From: an uncultured bacterium
GTDB lineage: Bacteria > Cyanobacteriota > Vampirovibrionia > Gastranaerophilales > Gastranaerophilaceae
Assembly: GCA_950022695.1 (NCBI GenBank)
Contig: CATLLN010000006.1
Coordinates: forward strand, 12,216 to 76,215
Length of the DNA: 64,000 bases
Direction of reading: 5' to 3'
Shown here: piece by piece, positions 18,754 through 28,527 of the stretch
Numbering within the stretch: position 1 is the stretch's first letter
Layout of the letters: the number at the start of each line of letters is the position of its first letter
Notes under the pieces: generated by a model
What the model was told of the DNA's origin: nothing
Database searches by the model: none
Seen by the model: only the letters and a program-made list of their open reading frames with translations
Made by a program: the position numbers and the translations under genes

Positions 18754-19878
18754 ATGACAGACTTTTATGAAATATTAGGTGTATCAAAAGATGCAACCAA
18801 AGACGAAATAAAATCAGCTTTCCGCAGGAAAGCCAGAGAATTACACCCCGATGTAAATAAAGCCCCTGATGCCGAAGAAAAATTTAAAGAACTTGGTAAA
18901 GCTTACGAAACTTTATCAGATGATAACAAGCGTGCAACTTACGACACATATGGCGAAGACGGTTTAAAAAATGCCGGTTTTGATACAAACGGACCGTTTG
19001 CAGGCGGATTCGGCGACTTAAACGATATTTTTGAAAGCTTTTTTGGCGGATTCGGCGGTTTTGGTTTTGGCGGACAACCTGACCCTAACGCTCCGCAGCG
19101 CGGCGATGATTTAAGATACGATTTAAGATTAAAATTTGAAGATGCGGCATTTGGTATAAACAAAGAAATTAAATTTGACCATCTTGAAACTTGTCCTGAC
19201 TGCCGCGGAACAGGAGCAGAAAAAGGTTCTCAACCAAAGACCTGTCCGCAATGCGGCGGTTCAGGACAGGTTAAAACAGTTACCAGAACACCTTTAGGAA
19301 ACTTTGCACAAATTACAACATGCCCGCACTGTAAAGGAGCAGGTCAGGTTATAGATAAACCTTGCAAAACATGCCAGGGACACGGTGTAATAAATAAAGA
19401 AAAGAAAATTGAAATTAAAATTCCTGCAGGCGTTGACAATATGTCAAAAATCAGAGTTTCAGGTGAAGGGGATTGCGGCATAAACGGCGGTCCTAACGGA
19501 GATTTATTTGTTGTAATCCACGTTGAACCATCCAGATATTTCAAACGCGACGGAATAAACGTATTTACAGAGCTTGAAATTTCTCCTGCGCAGGCTGTTA
19601 TGGGTGATGTTGTGACAATCAAAACTCTTGACGGTGAAAGTGAAGTTCAGATTCCTGCAGGAGCTCAGCACGAAAATATTGTAAAAATTAAAGGAGCAGG
19701 TATCCCTGTTATTACAAAACCTTCTCAAAGAGGTGACCATATTGTAATTGTTAAAATCAAGATACCTACAAAATTAAATGAGGAAGAAAAACGCTTATAT
19801 CAAAGATTATATGAACTAAACGGCGGTAAAAAACCTCAAAAATCAATTATGTCAAAAGTTAAGGGAGTATTTAAATAA
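18754..19878 (+). CDS. dnaJ: molecular chaperone DnaJ
   Basis: J domain with HPD, G/F-rich linker, four CxxCxGxG zinc-finger repeats. Confidence 0.95.
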   Translation: MTDFYEILGVSKDATKDEIKSAFRRKARELHPDVNKAPDAEEKFKELGKAYETLSDDNKRATYDTYGEDGLKNAGFDTNGPFAGGFGDLNDIFESFFGGFGGFGFGGQPDPNAPQRGDDLRYDLRLKFEDAAFGINKEIKFDHLETCPDCRGTGAEKGSQPKTCPQCGGSGQVKTVTRTPLGNFAQITTCPHCKGAGQVIDKPCKTCQGHGVINKEKKIEIKIPAGVDNMSKIRVSGEGDCGINGGPNGDLFVVIHVEPSRYFKRDGINVFTELEISPAQAVMGDVVTIKTLDGESEVQIPAGAQHENIVKIKGAGIPVITKPSQRGDHIVIVKIKIPTKLNEEEKRLYQRLYELNGGKKPQKSIMSKVKGVFK

Positions 19879-19879
19879 T

Positions 19880-21295
19880 ATGCGCAAAATTTTAGCGGCA
19901 ATCTGCCTGTGTTTTATTACTTGTACAAGTGCTTTAGCTGCACAGGTGCCCAAATCAGTTCAGGATTTTGTAAATAAGGACTTCCCCGAAACAAATTTTC
20001 GTTTCGATGGTGCTATAATTTTGCCTGATAAAACTATGTATCTTCCGGTTTTCCCTGCAAAAACCAATGATTCAACAGAATTACAAATCAAAACAAGTTA
20101 TCCTGTTAATACCCAAATGAAACAAAAACCGGATATGTTGATTTTGGATAATAATTTTGTGCTGTTAAAAGTTATAAATACAAACGGTAAAAAAACTGTT
20201 ATAAACTTAAACGACCCGCCTGAAGAACTTCAATCAGGTCTTTTGCCGCAGGATATTTTACTGCCGAAAGGACTTGTGATTCCTGAAACTTTAAAAGGAA
20301 TTATCGGTGATATTGATGTTATGGTAACTCAAGATACAGGTTTGAGAATCAATAACACTAGACACAAAAATAAAAAAATTACAGCTCCTGTAGAACCGTT
20401 GGATGGTAAAAGTTTCTACGTGTCTTCCGGTGTAAATAAAAATATTCAGGTAATCCACACAAATACTCAAACTCCTGAATATTCACTTACACAAGAACAC
20501 GTGATTAATGATATGAAAGCATACAACAATGAATTTTTATTTGTTACATATTTTGATTACAAGACTATGAATATAATTTCGCTTATGGACGAAAAAGTCA
20601 TTAAGCAGGTTAATTTTGAAACAACACCGGAACAAATTATAATTGATAACAATAACAAAATTGCATATATCACATCAGGTTCAAATTCAAGCATTTATAT
20701 TTTCAGCCTTGAAACCATGACACTAAAAAAACAGCTTAAAATTAACGGTATGTGCGAAAAATTTACACTAACACAAGACGGTACAAAATTGCTCTATGTT
20801 GACAGAAATACCAACAACATCTGGTGCATTGAACTTGATAATAATTATTTGTTAAAAAATATCGGAAGTTTTCCTAACGTATCAAAAATTGCATACGCTA
20901 ACGGAAAAATCTACACAATAAGCAGAACAAAAAATAGACTTGCTATTATTGATTATGAAACAATAGATTTAATGTCAGAATTTGAAGTTAGTGAAAAACC
21001 TGTTGATTTATACGTAAAAGATAAGGATTTATTTATATTATGTGCACAAGATAATATTGTAGAAGTCTTAAACACTGAAGATGATGTAATTACAGATAAA
21101 TTATTTTTAAATACAAACGCGTTTGCTACAAAAATGACACCAATTGAAAACAGTAATTTAATTATGGTTACAAATGCTCTGTCAGGCTTGTATTCAGTAA
21201 TTGATACTGAATTAAAAGAAATCGTAAAAACAAGCCCGATTGATGTGCGTGTCAGAGAAATAGTTATTACAGATAAGGTGAAAACAATAAAATAA
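19880..21295 (+). CDS. secreted beta-propeller-like repeat protein (YncE/YVTN-like, tentative)
   Basis: Signal peptide; ~40-aa periodic repeats (KIAYITSGSNSSIYIFS, KLLYVDRNTNNIWCIE, KIYTISRTKNRLAIID, DLFILCAQDNIVEVLN). Confidence 0.5.
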   Translation: MRKILAAICLCFITCTSALAAQVPKSVQDFVNKDFPETNFRFDGAIILPDKTMYLPVFPAKTNDSTELQIKTSYPVNTQMKQKPDMLILDNNFVLLKVINTNGKKTVINLNDPPEELQSGLLPQDILLPKGLVIPETLKGIIGDIDVMVTQDTGLRINNTRHKNKKITAPVEPLDGKSFYVSSGVNKNIQVIHTNTQTPEYSLTQEHVINDMKAYNNEFLFVTYFDYKTMNIISLMDEKVIKQVNFETTPEQIIIDNNNKIAYITSGSNSSIYIFSLETMTLKKQLKINGMCEKFTLTQDGTKLLYVDRNTNNIWCIELDNNYLLKNIGSFPNVSKIAYANGKIYTISRTKNRLAIIDYETIDLMSEFEVSEKPVDLYVKDKDLFILCAQDNIVEVLNTEDDVITDKLFLNTNAFATKMTPIENSNLIMVTNALSGLYSVIDTELKEIVKTSPIDVRVREIVITDKVKTIK

Positions 21296-21864
21296 TGATT
21301 GAAAATTTTGATAATACAACACAGGAAATTTTAAAAGAATTAGAAAAAACTCAAAAAGAATTTTGGAATATATCGAGAACAACCGCAGAATTTTTATATA
21401 ATCTTGTTGTTGATTCAAAATCCAAAAGTGTAATCGAAGTCGGAACATCAAACGGATACTCTGGTATCTGGCTTGGAAAAGCTTTAAAAAAAACAGGCGG
21501 AAAACTTACAACAATTGAGTTTTACGATAAAAGACTTGATATTGCTAAAGAAAACTTTGAAAAATGCGGTGTTGCAGATATTATTGATACAAAAAAAGGT
21601 GATGCGGCAACAATTTTAGAATATTTACCGGAAGATTTTGAAGTAGATTTTGCATTTATTGACGCTAATAAAGCACAATATATTAAATTTTTTCATCTAA
21701 TAGCACCGCATTTAAAAGTCGGCGGGTATATAGCTTGTGATAATGTTTTATCACACGCTGCTAAAGTTCAAACTTTTATTGATGATATTAACGCAAATCC
21801 TGATTACGAAAATGTTGTATTACCGCTTCCGGCAGGATTGTCATTAGCGAAAAAGTTAAAATAA
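21295..21864 (+). CDS. class I SAM-dependent O-methyltransferase (family 3, caffeoyl-CoA OMT-like)
   Basis: VIEVGTSNGYSGIWLG SAM-binding motif, FAFIDANK, ACDNVL. Confidence 0.8.
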   Translation: MIENFDNTTQEILKELEKTQKEFWNISRTTAEFLYNLVVDSKSKSVIEVGTSNGYSGIWLGKALKKTGGKLTTIEFYDKRLDIAKENFEKCGVADIIDTKKGDAATILEYLPEDFEVDFAFIDANKAQYIKFFHLIAPHLKVGGYIACDNVLSHAAKVQTFIDDINANPDYENVVLPLPAGLSLAKKLK

Positions 21865-21888
21865 GTACTCTTGCACAAGGAGAAGATA

Positions 21889-22203
21889 ATGAGTGAAAAT
21901 TGTATTTTTTGTAAAATTATAAGAGGCGATTTCGGAACAGAATTTGTTCACGAAACAGAAAACACTGTTGTATTTAACGACATTAACCCAAAAGCTCCGG
22001 TTCATATGCTTGTTTGCCCGAAAAAGCACATAGAATCCTTAAATGAGCTTGAAGACAAAAACTTGATGGCTGAACTTTTACAAACAGTAAAAGATGTTAC
22101 AAAAAAAATTGGTCTAAAAGCATACAAAACTCAAATCAATACAGGAAAAGAAGCCGGACAGGAAGTTTTTCACCTGCATATTCATATTTTAGGAAATTTA
22201 TAG
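21889..22203 (+). CDS. HIT-family (histidine triad) protein
   Basis: CIFCKII N-terminus and HLHIHIL triad; start set at ATG 21889 after AAGGAG rather than TTG 21871. Confidence 0.85.
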   Translation: MSENCIFCKIIRGDFGTEFVHETENTVVFNDINPKAPVHMLVCPKKHIESLNELEDKNLMAELLQTVKDVTKKIGLKAYKTQINTGKEAGQEVFHLHIHILGNL

Positions 22204-22281
22204 AAATATTAAGCTATAATTAAAGATTTTCTGCATATCTACCGATAGATAAAATATATTTATTTAAATGGAGATATGTAA

Positions 22282-23715
22282 ATGGTAGACGGCATTGGAA
22301 AAAATCACAACAATTACCCTGATCAGATGAAGCTTAAAGGAACTGACAAATCAGTTGATTTGAAAAACCTGACAAATTTGCAGCGTACAGAAAAAAACAA
22401 AGCGCTCTTTGATATGTGTGATTTAAATAAAGACGGTAAGATTGATGAAAAAGAAGCTCAATCTATGCGCGGTGTTTTGCTAACTGCCTCTAAAGGTGAT
22501 GGGACATTAACCAAAAAAGAAGCAAATAAACTTTTTGGAAAAGAAATGAATGCTTTTGATGCAATTTCTGCTCTTGCCGACCAACAAGAAGCAATGATGA
22601 AAGACACTGAATACAAAGAAACTACCGGAAATAAAACAACCCACATTTACAACAGTAAAAATGGTGATCAGTATTCTTACAGAGCTGATTCAACAACTGA
22701 TAAAAACGGCACTGCAACAACAGAACTTGATGACGGCACTCAGGAAATAAAATATAAAGATGGCTCAAGACAAATTATCAAAAATGATGGTACAGTTGTG
22801 TCTTATGATTCAAAAGGCAACAAAACTTCTGCAATTGTGAACGGTTTAATAACAACATTTACACCTGACGGCAATAAAGGTGTGACAACAGATGCCAACG
22901 GAAAAACTGTTAAAATAGTTGAACTTCGCAATGGAGAAGAAGTTAGAACTGAATTTGAGCACAAAGACAGTCAAACTATCAGCAGAGAATACAATGGTTT
23001 AAGTAATAATGCTAAATTAACATCAATTACGGTTTCCGACAGAGAGAAAAACGACAACGGAACAACAAGTACAATAGAAACAAAATATAATTCAGAAGAA
23101 GACATGAAAAATAACCGTCCGGCTTCTGCAATTCGTAATAAAGGACTTCCTACAGAAACCACTATTTCATATACTTATGATGATAAAGGTAATCAAATGA
23201 TTACAGAAACAGATCAAACAAAAATACCAGCTTCAACTTTTAAAAATAAAGACGGTAAAACAATTGCATCTTCAGAATTTAATGCACCGCAGCCTCATAC
23301 TGTTCAAAAAGGTGAAAGCGTAAGCCAAATAGTTAAAAATGCCCTAAAAGAACAAGGCTTTGAAAATCCTACAAAAGAACAGCTAAAAGCTGCAACAGAA
23401 GAATTTTTAGAATTGAATAAAGATACCGTTAAAACTTATAACGGTCCAAAAGCTAAATTTAAAGGCAATAAATATTTCTATCCGAATGATAAAGTGAATA
23501 TTCCAAACTTTAAACTTTCAATTTCTGACAAATATCTTGATGAAGTTGAAGTTGTAGCTGCAAAACCTTCAGATAAAATGATGGCAAGTGAAGCTGATGA
23601 TACTAAAATACTTGATAAACAGCCGGTAAAAACAAAAATGCATGAGATGAACTATGTTGCACCAGATGAATTTGGTCCTGTAGAATTTGATCCGAATAAA
23701 AACTTTTTAGCATAA
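22282..23715 (+). CDS. hypothetical protein with EF-hand-like loop and LysM-like segment
   Basis: DLNKDGKIDEKEA EF-hand loop; HTVQKGESVSQIVKNALKEQG... LysM-like; T/N/K-rich repeats. Confidence 0.55.
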   Translation: MVDGIGKNHNNYPDQMKLKGTDKSVDLKNLTNLQRTEKNKALFDMCDLNKDGKIDEKEAQSMRGVLLTASKGDGTLTKKEANKLFGKEMNAFDAISALADQQEAMMKDTEYKETTGNKTTHIYNSKNGDQYSYRADSTTDKNGTATTELDDGTQEIKYKDGSRQIIKNDGTVVSYDSKGNKTSAIVNGLITTFTPDGNKGVTTDANGKTVKIVELRNGEEVRTEFEHKDSQTISREYNGLSNNAKLTSITVSDREKNDNGTTSTIETKYNSEEDMKNNRPASAIRNKGLPTETTISYTYDDKGNQMITETDQTKIPASTFKNKDGKTIASSEFNAPQPHTVQKGESVSQIVKNALKEQGFENPTKEQLKAATEEFLELNKDTVKTYNGPKAKFKGNKYFYPNDKVNIPNFKLSISDKYLDEVEVVAAKPSDKMMASEADDTKILDKQPVKTKMHEMNYVAPDEFGPVEFDPNKNFLA

Positions 23716-23750
23716 AATTTGAAAACAAAAATTTATATGATAGCATAAAA

Positions 23751-23785
23751 TTACGCGCAAAATTCGCGTAACTTTATATTTTAGA
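23751..23785 (+). terminator. rho-independent terminator
   Basis: TTACGCG-caaaatt-CGCGTAA stem then CTTTATATTTT. Confidence 0.5.
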
Positions 23786-23803
23786 GTGTAGAAAGGGAAA
23801 GAT

Positions 23804-24655
23804 ATGAAAAACGGAATAGAAAACGGATATTACCATGAAATAACCCCGGGAGGTTACGGCATAGCAATCAAAACCGGCAAAGTACTATTTTCAGATAATT
23901 CACCGTTTCAAAAAGTAGAAGTTTTCGAAACAGAATCAAAGTTAGGCAGAATCTTAACTCTTGATGATTTAATGATGACAACGGAAGGTGATGAATACCA
24001 TTACCACGAAATGATTACACATATTCCTATGATGCAGCACCCTTGCCCGAAATCAGTTCTTGTAATCGGCGGCGGAGACGGCGGCACAATCAGAGAAGTT
24101 ATGAAACATAAAACTGTAGAACGTGCTGTTCTATGCGAAATTGACGGTATGGTTATTGAAGCTTGCAAAAAATACTTACCTACAATTTCCTGTGAGCTTG
24201 ATAATCCTAAAGTTGAAATTCTTGTTGAAGATGCAATCGAATATATTAAAGATAAAAAAGATGAATTCGATATTATCCTGATTGATTCAACAGACCCTAT
24301 GGGCCCTGGAGAAGGCTTGTTTACAGAAGAATTTTATACTAACGTTAAAAATTCTCTTAAAAAAGGCGGTATTATGGCTGCTCAATCCGAATCTCCATTC
24401 ACAAATAAAGAAGAAATTAAAAAAATGTATAACCTTTTGAAAAAAGTATTCCCAACAGTTTCAACATACACATCGAATATCCCGACATACCCGGGCGGAT
24501 ACTGGGCATGGGCATTTTGTTCTGTTGATGTTAAACCGCTTGAATACTATAATGATGAACGCGCAAATGAAATTATTCCAACTTGTAAAATTTACAACAA
24601 GGATTATCACAACGCAAGGTTTGCATTGCCTAATTACTTGAAAGAATTATTATAA
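23804..24655 (+). CDS. speE: spermidine synthase
   Basis: YHEMITH, VLVIGGGDGGTIREV, IILIDSTDPMGPGEGLF motifs. Confidence 0.9.
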   Translation: MKNGIENGYYHEITPGGYGIAIKTGKVLFSDNSPFQKVEVFETESKLGRILTLDDLMMTTEGDEYHYHEMITHIPMMQHPCPKSVLVIGGGDGGTIREVMKHKTVERAVLCEIDGMVIEACKKYLPTISCELDNPKVEILVEDAIEYIKDKKDEFDIILIDSTDPMGPGEGLFTEEFYTNVKNSLKKGGIMAAQSESPFTNKEEIKKMYNLLKKVFPTVSTYTSNIPTYPGGYWAWAFCSVDVKPLEYYNDERANEIIPTCKIYNKDYHNARFALPNYLKELL

Positions 24656-24660
24656 AATTA

Positions 24661-24693
24661 AAGGCGGCGGGATTTCATCCCGCCGCCTTTTTA
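24661..24693 (+). terminator. rho-independent terminator of speE
   Basis: AAGGCGGCGGGA-tttca-TCCCGCCGCCTT 12-bp stem plus T-run. Confidence 0.8.
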
Positions 24694-24904
24694 AAACTCC
24701 TCATCAACGATTAATGATACTTTGAAAAATCCATAAAATACTTCCTGAATATATTTTAACCATACACACAAATAATAACAAATGCCAAAAAAACCTTAAA
24801 AATTCTAAATTTTTCAAATTTTTCATACTATAACCTATTACTTATAATTATATAAACTATAGCATAATACAAGTTATAACTCAATTAATTTACAATTATA
24901 ACTA

Positions 24905-25126
24905 ATGAATAAGAATGAATTATTAAAAAAGTTTGGTAAAAACGTTAAAATTGAACGAATTAAAAAAGATTTAACACAAGAACAATTTGCAGAATTATTG
25001 AATGTTAGTACAAATTATATTGCTTGTATTGAAAACGGCAGACAAAACATGTCGTTAGGAAAAATTCTTGAACTTGCTAATGCTCTTAATATAAATATTG
25101 AAAATTTACTTAAGTTTTATGAATAA
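24905..25126 (+). CDS. XRE-family HTH transcriptional regulator
   Basis: LTQEQFAELLNVSTNYIACIENGRQN HTH core. Confidence 0.8.
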   Translation: MNKNELLKKFGKNVKIERIKKDLTQEQFAELLNVSTNYIACIENGRQNMSLGKILELANALNINIENLLKFYE

Positions 25127-25128
25127 TT

Positions 25129-25452
25129 TTAATTTCCTGACGAGACAACCCTTTTATAAGTATCAACCACACTTTTATATAAAACCGGAACCTGTGTTAC
25201 TTTATGCGATAAATAATAAGGATTTGTAAAAGCTGAAAAAAACTCCGCACCAAGTGTTGTAGTCGCATTTGCGGCAACTCTTAAGCTTTTATTATTTATG
25301 TCATCTTTATCAAACTTACGACGAAGCGGATTATTACTTTCATACAAATCATAAGTAACTGTATTTACCGCCTGAGGCACGGGGGTTGAATTTATCCAGT
25401 TAGAAACTGATGACATTCCTTGTTTGAACACTGTAACATCAATTAAATTCAT
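25129..25452 (-). CDS. hypothetical protein
   Basis: 107-aa ORF, no family recognised. Confidence 0.4.
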   Translation of the reverse strand: MNLIDVTVFKQGMSSVSNWINSTPVPQAVNTVTYDLYESNNPLRRKFDKDDINNKSLRVAANATTTLGAEFFSAFTNPYYLSHKVTQVPVLYKSVVDTYKRVVSSGN

Positions 25453-25486
25453 ACATATATATTAAATCAAAAAATATTTTTTTTTG

Positions 25487-26788
25487 CTAATACCAAATAT
25501 ACCTTGAATGCATATAATAATAAGGTCGTGACATATAATAAAAATGCTGACGTTCTAAATAATTTCTAATCTGCTGTTCTCGAATCATTTCCTGCTGAAG
25601 CATATTATTACGTTGCTGCTCAATAATCAATGCTTGCTGAGCTTTTAGTTGCTCTTCCTGATAATATTGATTCTTTTTATCTTGAACATAATTTGTACAA
25701 TCCTGATTTAACGAATTAAAAGCATTAGTTAATTGTTGTCCATTGTATTTACTCAAATATAAATTGGCTGTTTTAAAAAATTCATCCTGTTTTTGTGAAA
25801 TTTCTGCCGCAGAAACATTCACTGGAAGTTGTTTTCTAAATTCTTCCCACTTAGGAATTTTTACAAAACCTGTTACTTTTGAAGCTAATTTTTCAAGTTT
25901 AGCCTGCTCAATTTTTCCGATAACTTCATTTGCTTTTGTGATCTGTTTATCATCTCTTGCAACAGTTCTTGCCTTATACGCATATTGTAAACGGGTTTCA
26001 TTGTTACTAATTGTCTGTTGAACACGCATCAAGTTTTCATAATTGTAATTCTCTTTCAACAATTCCTGAGCAAGTTTATTAGCTTCAAAATTATTTTGAA
26101 GATTGAAATAAGCAAGATATAAAAGCTCTTTGTCCTGATATTCTAACGGACTTATTTTCTTACAATATTCAATCGTTTTAGAATAATTTCCAAGTGCAAA
26201 ATAACAATGTGCAATATATGATATTGCAAAATTATCATTTGAATTTTCATACATCATGAAATAATTTAACGCTTGCGTATATTGCCCTGAAGCAAAATAC
26301 AATATTCCAAAAGAATAATTTACTAAATCTTTATTGATAATTTGACCTTGCATATCAAGTTTTCGAATTTTAGTAAGAATTCTTATTGCTTCGGGATAAT
26401 TTTCTTTTTGATAGTTCAAATCATAATATTCTAAATATGCAGGTAAAAAATTCGGATATTTTTCAAAAACTTTGTTCCAATCACCTTTATCAATTAATTT
26501 CTGAACTTTTTTAACATATTTGTAATCTTCTTTTTCGTCTTTTGTCAAAGTTTTTAGGAAATTACTTTCCTCTGTACCTGATAATTTTATAAAATCAGCA
26601 TCAATTTTCTCAGGATTTAAATTATAATACTTTAGATAAGAAGCATAAGGAATGTTTTTTAGCTGCAAACTTTGATTATATACAGCAGTTTGCTTGGTAT
26701 TTTCCGGTGTAAAAATGTAACCCTGTGCACCATATGCATGACCAACACAAAAAACTGCAATAGCTAAACTTAAAATAATCTTTTTCAT
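25487..26788 (-). CDS. secreted TPR-repeat protein
   Basis: Signal peptide; repeated A..Y/F...G.Y..A 34-aa pattern (e.g. GILYFASGQYTQALNYF, AHCYFALGNYSKTIEY). Confidence 0.6.
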   Translation of the reverse strand: MKKIILSLAIAVFCVGHAYGAQGYIFTPENTKQTAVYNQSLQLKNIPYASYLKYYNLNPEKIDADFIKLSGTEESNFLKTLTKDEKEDYKYVKKVQKLIDKGDWNKVFEKYPNFLPAYLEYYDLNYQKENYPEAIRILTKIRKLDMQGQIINKDLVNYSFGILYFASGQYTQALNYFMMYENSNDNFAISYIAHCYFALGNYSKTIEYCKKISPLEYQDKELLYLAYFNLQNNFEANKLAQELLKENYNYENLMRVQQTISNNETRLQYAYKARTVARDDKQITKANEVIGKIEQAKLEKLASKVTGFVKIPKWEEFRKQLPVNVSAAEISQKQDEFFKTANLYLSKYNGQQLTNAFNSLNQDCTNYVQDKKNQYYQEEQLKAQQALIIEQQRNNMLQQEMIREQQIRNYLERQHFYYMSRPYYYMHSRYIWY

Positions 26789-26835
26789 TCTACACCTCTT
26801 ACAATTTATTATACTGTAATAACGAAATAAGACAA

Positions 26836-26881
26836 AAAAAGTTCAAAAAGGTGCGCCGCGAGAATTTTCGCGGCGCACCTA
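26836..26881 (-). terminator. rho-independent terminator of the LysM gene
   Basis: 13-bp GC-rich stem AGGTGCGCCGCGA/TCGCGGCGCACCT; on the minus strand followed by TTTTTGAACTTTTTTT. Confidence 0.75.
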
Positions 26882-26892
26882 AAGCTTATATA

Positions 26893-27552
26893 TTACGGCA
26901 AAATAATATTATCTCCAGCATGAATCATTACACCTGTATGTGATTTATCCCATTTAAGATTTGGATTAGCATCCATTATTTTATTAATATAGTTTGCAAT
27001 TTGGGTAGCAGTCGCTTCCGAACCGAGATGTCGTTTTGCTATTTTCCACAAGTTATCACCGCGTCGGACTTCGTGTGTTGTCACAGGATTTTCTTGTTGA
27101 ACATTTTGACCTGCCTGACCGGTTTGATTTCCTGTTTGGGTATTCTGAGTATTTTGACCTGCTTGATTATTATGTTGATTATTCACAAGATTTTGCACGA
27201 CATTATTAAGATTTGTTTGAGCTGCACTTCCTGCTACTGGATTATTAGGATTAGCCTGAACATCAGCCACTGTCATTGCCGGTTTTGTAGTATCTGCAAC
27301 AGTAAGATGACCTACAGATTTAATAAAATCTTCTCTTGACATTGTAATTTCTTTATCAGGATGCCAAGGATTTATCAGTGTAACTGTATCTTCTGTAACA
27401 GATTTCAATGTAAAAGCATGACCACTGAGTTTACCATTAGAACGAACCATCCTAAAAGATGCAACTGCTACATTATCAATATGTCCATCTTTACCATCAT
27501 TCATAACACTATCAAGTATCACTAATCTGCCTTGATGCTCCAAAATTACCAT
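26893..27552 (-). CDS. LysM-domain protein with N/Q-rich linker (possibly the 3' half of a disrupted gene)
   Basis: C-terminal HEVRRGDNLWKIAKRHLG...GDNIILP LysM; N-terminal SGHAFTL...LINPWH resembles the His/Asn half of a papain-fold (calpain-like) peptidase; overlaps the upstream ORF by 41 nt in another frame. Confidence 0.6.
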   Translation of the reverse strand: MVILEHQGRLVILDSVMNDGKDGHIDNVAVASFRMVRSNGKLSGHAFTLKSVTEDTVTLINPWHPDKEITMSREDFIKSVGHLTVADTTKPAMTVADVQANPNNPVAGSAAQTNLNNVVQNLVNNQHNNQAGQNTQNTQTGNQTGQAGQNVQQENPVTTHEVRRGDNLWKIAKRHLGSEATATQIANYINKIMDANPNLKWDKSHTGVMIHAGDNIILP

Positions 27553-28384
27553 CTATTTCAGCAGAAATTTTATTTGTTATTTTATTATCTTTATCATACT
27601 GTTCCTGCTCTTTGATAACACCATTATCCCAGTATTCTGTTTTTGATTTTACAGCACCATTTTCATAATATTCATCTTTAGTTTGAATTTTACCGTTATC
27701 GTGAAATTTTGATTCTGATTTTAATTTGCCATCAGGATAACGTGATTCTGATGAAATTGGAGTTTTTCCGTCAGATTTGTACTGTAAATGCACTGTTTCT
27801 GCAAGTTTATTATCTTTATCATACACTTTTGCATCTACGGAATTATCTTTATTGTGAGTAAATTTTGTTTCTTTAAGTAATTTACCATTTTTATCATATA
27901 TTATACTATTTTCAATTTTACCATTTTTATCGAACTGCTCTTGTCTGGCTAATTTATTTTGACCAATTCTGGTTTCTTTATTTTTTACTTTTCCATTACG
28001 GTGATATTTATAGTTTATAATCGTACGTCTTGATAAATTTGTAGGATTTAAAATTTCACTAGATGGTTGCTTTTTATTTAATGCTTTTTCATTTTTAAAT
28101 TTATATTGATATAAAACATCTTTACCATTAATCTGTTTTTTAGATTGAAACATTAAAGAGCCATCATCAAGTTTAATTAAAATACCTTCAGCGTTATTAT
28201 ACTTATAAGGTTCTTTAGATACTATTTTTACTTTGGATTGATTATTTATTTCCCCGTTATTTGATCCATCAGCAAATTCAATCACTTTCTTTAATGAACT
28301 ATATTTAACATTAATATGACCATTTTCCATTTTTACAGGTAAGGAAAAACCTGTATTAACATTGTTCTGAATTTCACCTGCCAT
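27512..28384 (-). CDS. MORN-variant (YwqK-like) repeat protein (possibly the 5' half of a disrupted gene)
   Basis: Repeats of the type YDKNGKLLKETKF, YPDGKLKSESKFHDNGKIQTKDEYYENGAVKSKTEYWDNGVIKEQEQY. Confidence 0.6.
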   Translation of the reverse strand: MAGEIQNNVNTGFSLPVKMENGHINVKYSSLKKVIEFADGSNNGEINNQSKVKIVSKEPYKYNNAEGILIKLDDGSLMFQSKKQINGKDVLYQYKFKNEKALNKKQPSSEILNPTNLSRRTIINYKYHRNGKVKNKETRIGQNKLARQEQFDKNGKIENSIIYDKNGKLLKETKFTHNKDNSVDAKVYDKDNKLAETVHLQYKSDGKTPISSESRYPDGKLKSESKFHDNGKIQTKDEYYENGAVKSKTEYWDNGVIKEQEQYDKDNKITNKISAEIDGNFGASRQISDT

Positions 28385-28469
28385 GAAATAAACTCCTAAG
28401 CTTTCTAGTACATATTTTTACTATTCGACAGATTAGAGTTGAAACTTTAATTTTGACTTTACACTTCTT

Positions 28470-28512
28470 TACAATAAAACGACTTAGCTTAAATATAAGC
28501 TAAGTCGTTTTT
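28470..28512 (-). terminator. rho-independent terminator of the fab operon
   Basis: 15-bp perfect stem AAAACGACTTAGCTT/AAGCTAAGTCGTTTT just downstream of fabF, T-run on the minus strand. Confidence 0.7.
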
Positions 28513-28527
28513 ATAAATATTAAATTT

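Noticed and set aside
24704-24826. 40-codon minus-strand ORF (MKNLKNLEFLRFFWHLLLFVCMVKIYSGSILWIFQSIINR) between speE and an XRE gene
   Set aside because: It has no convincing SD, no flanking conserved RNA structure or paralogue, and lies in very AT-rich DNA where such ORFs arise by chance. It is kept only as a note.
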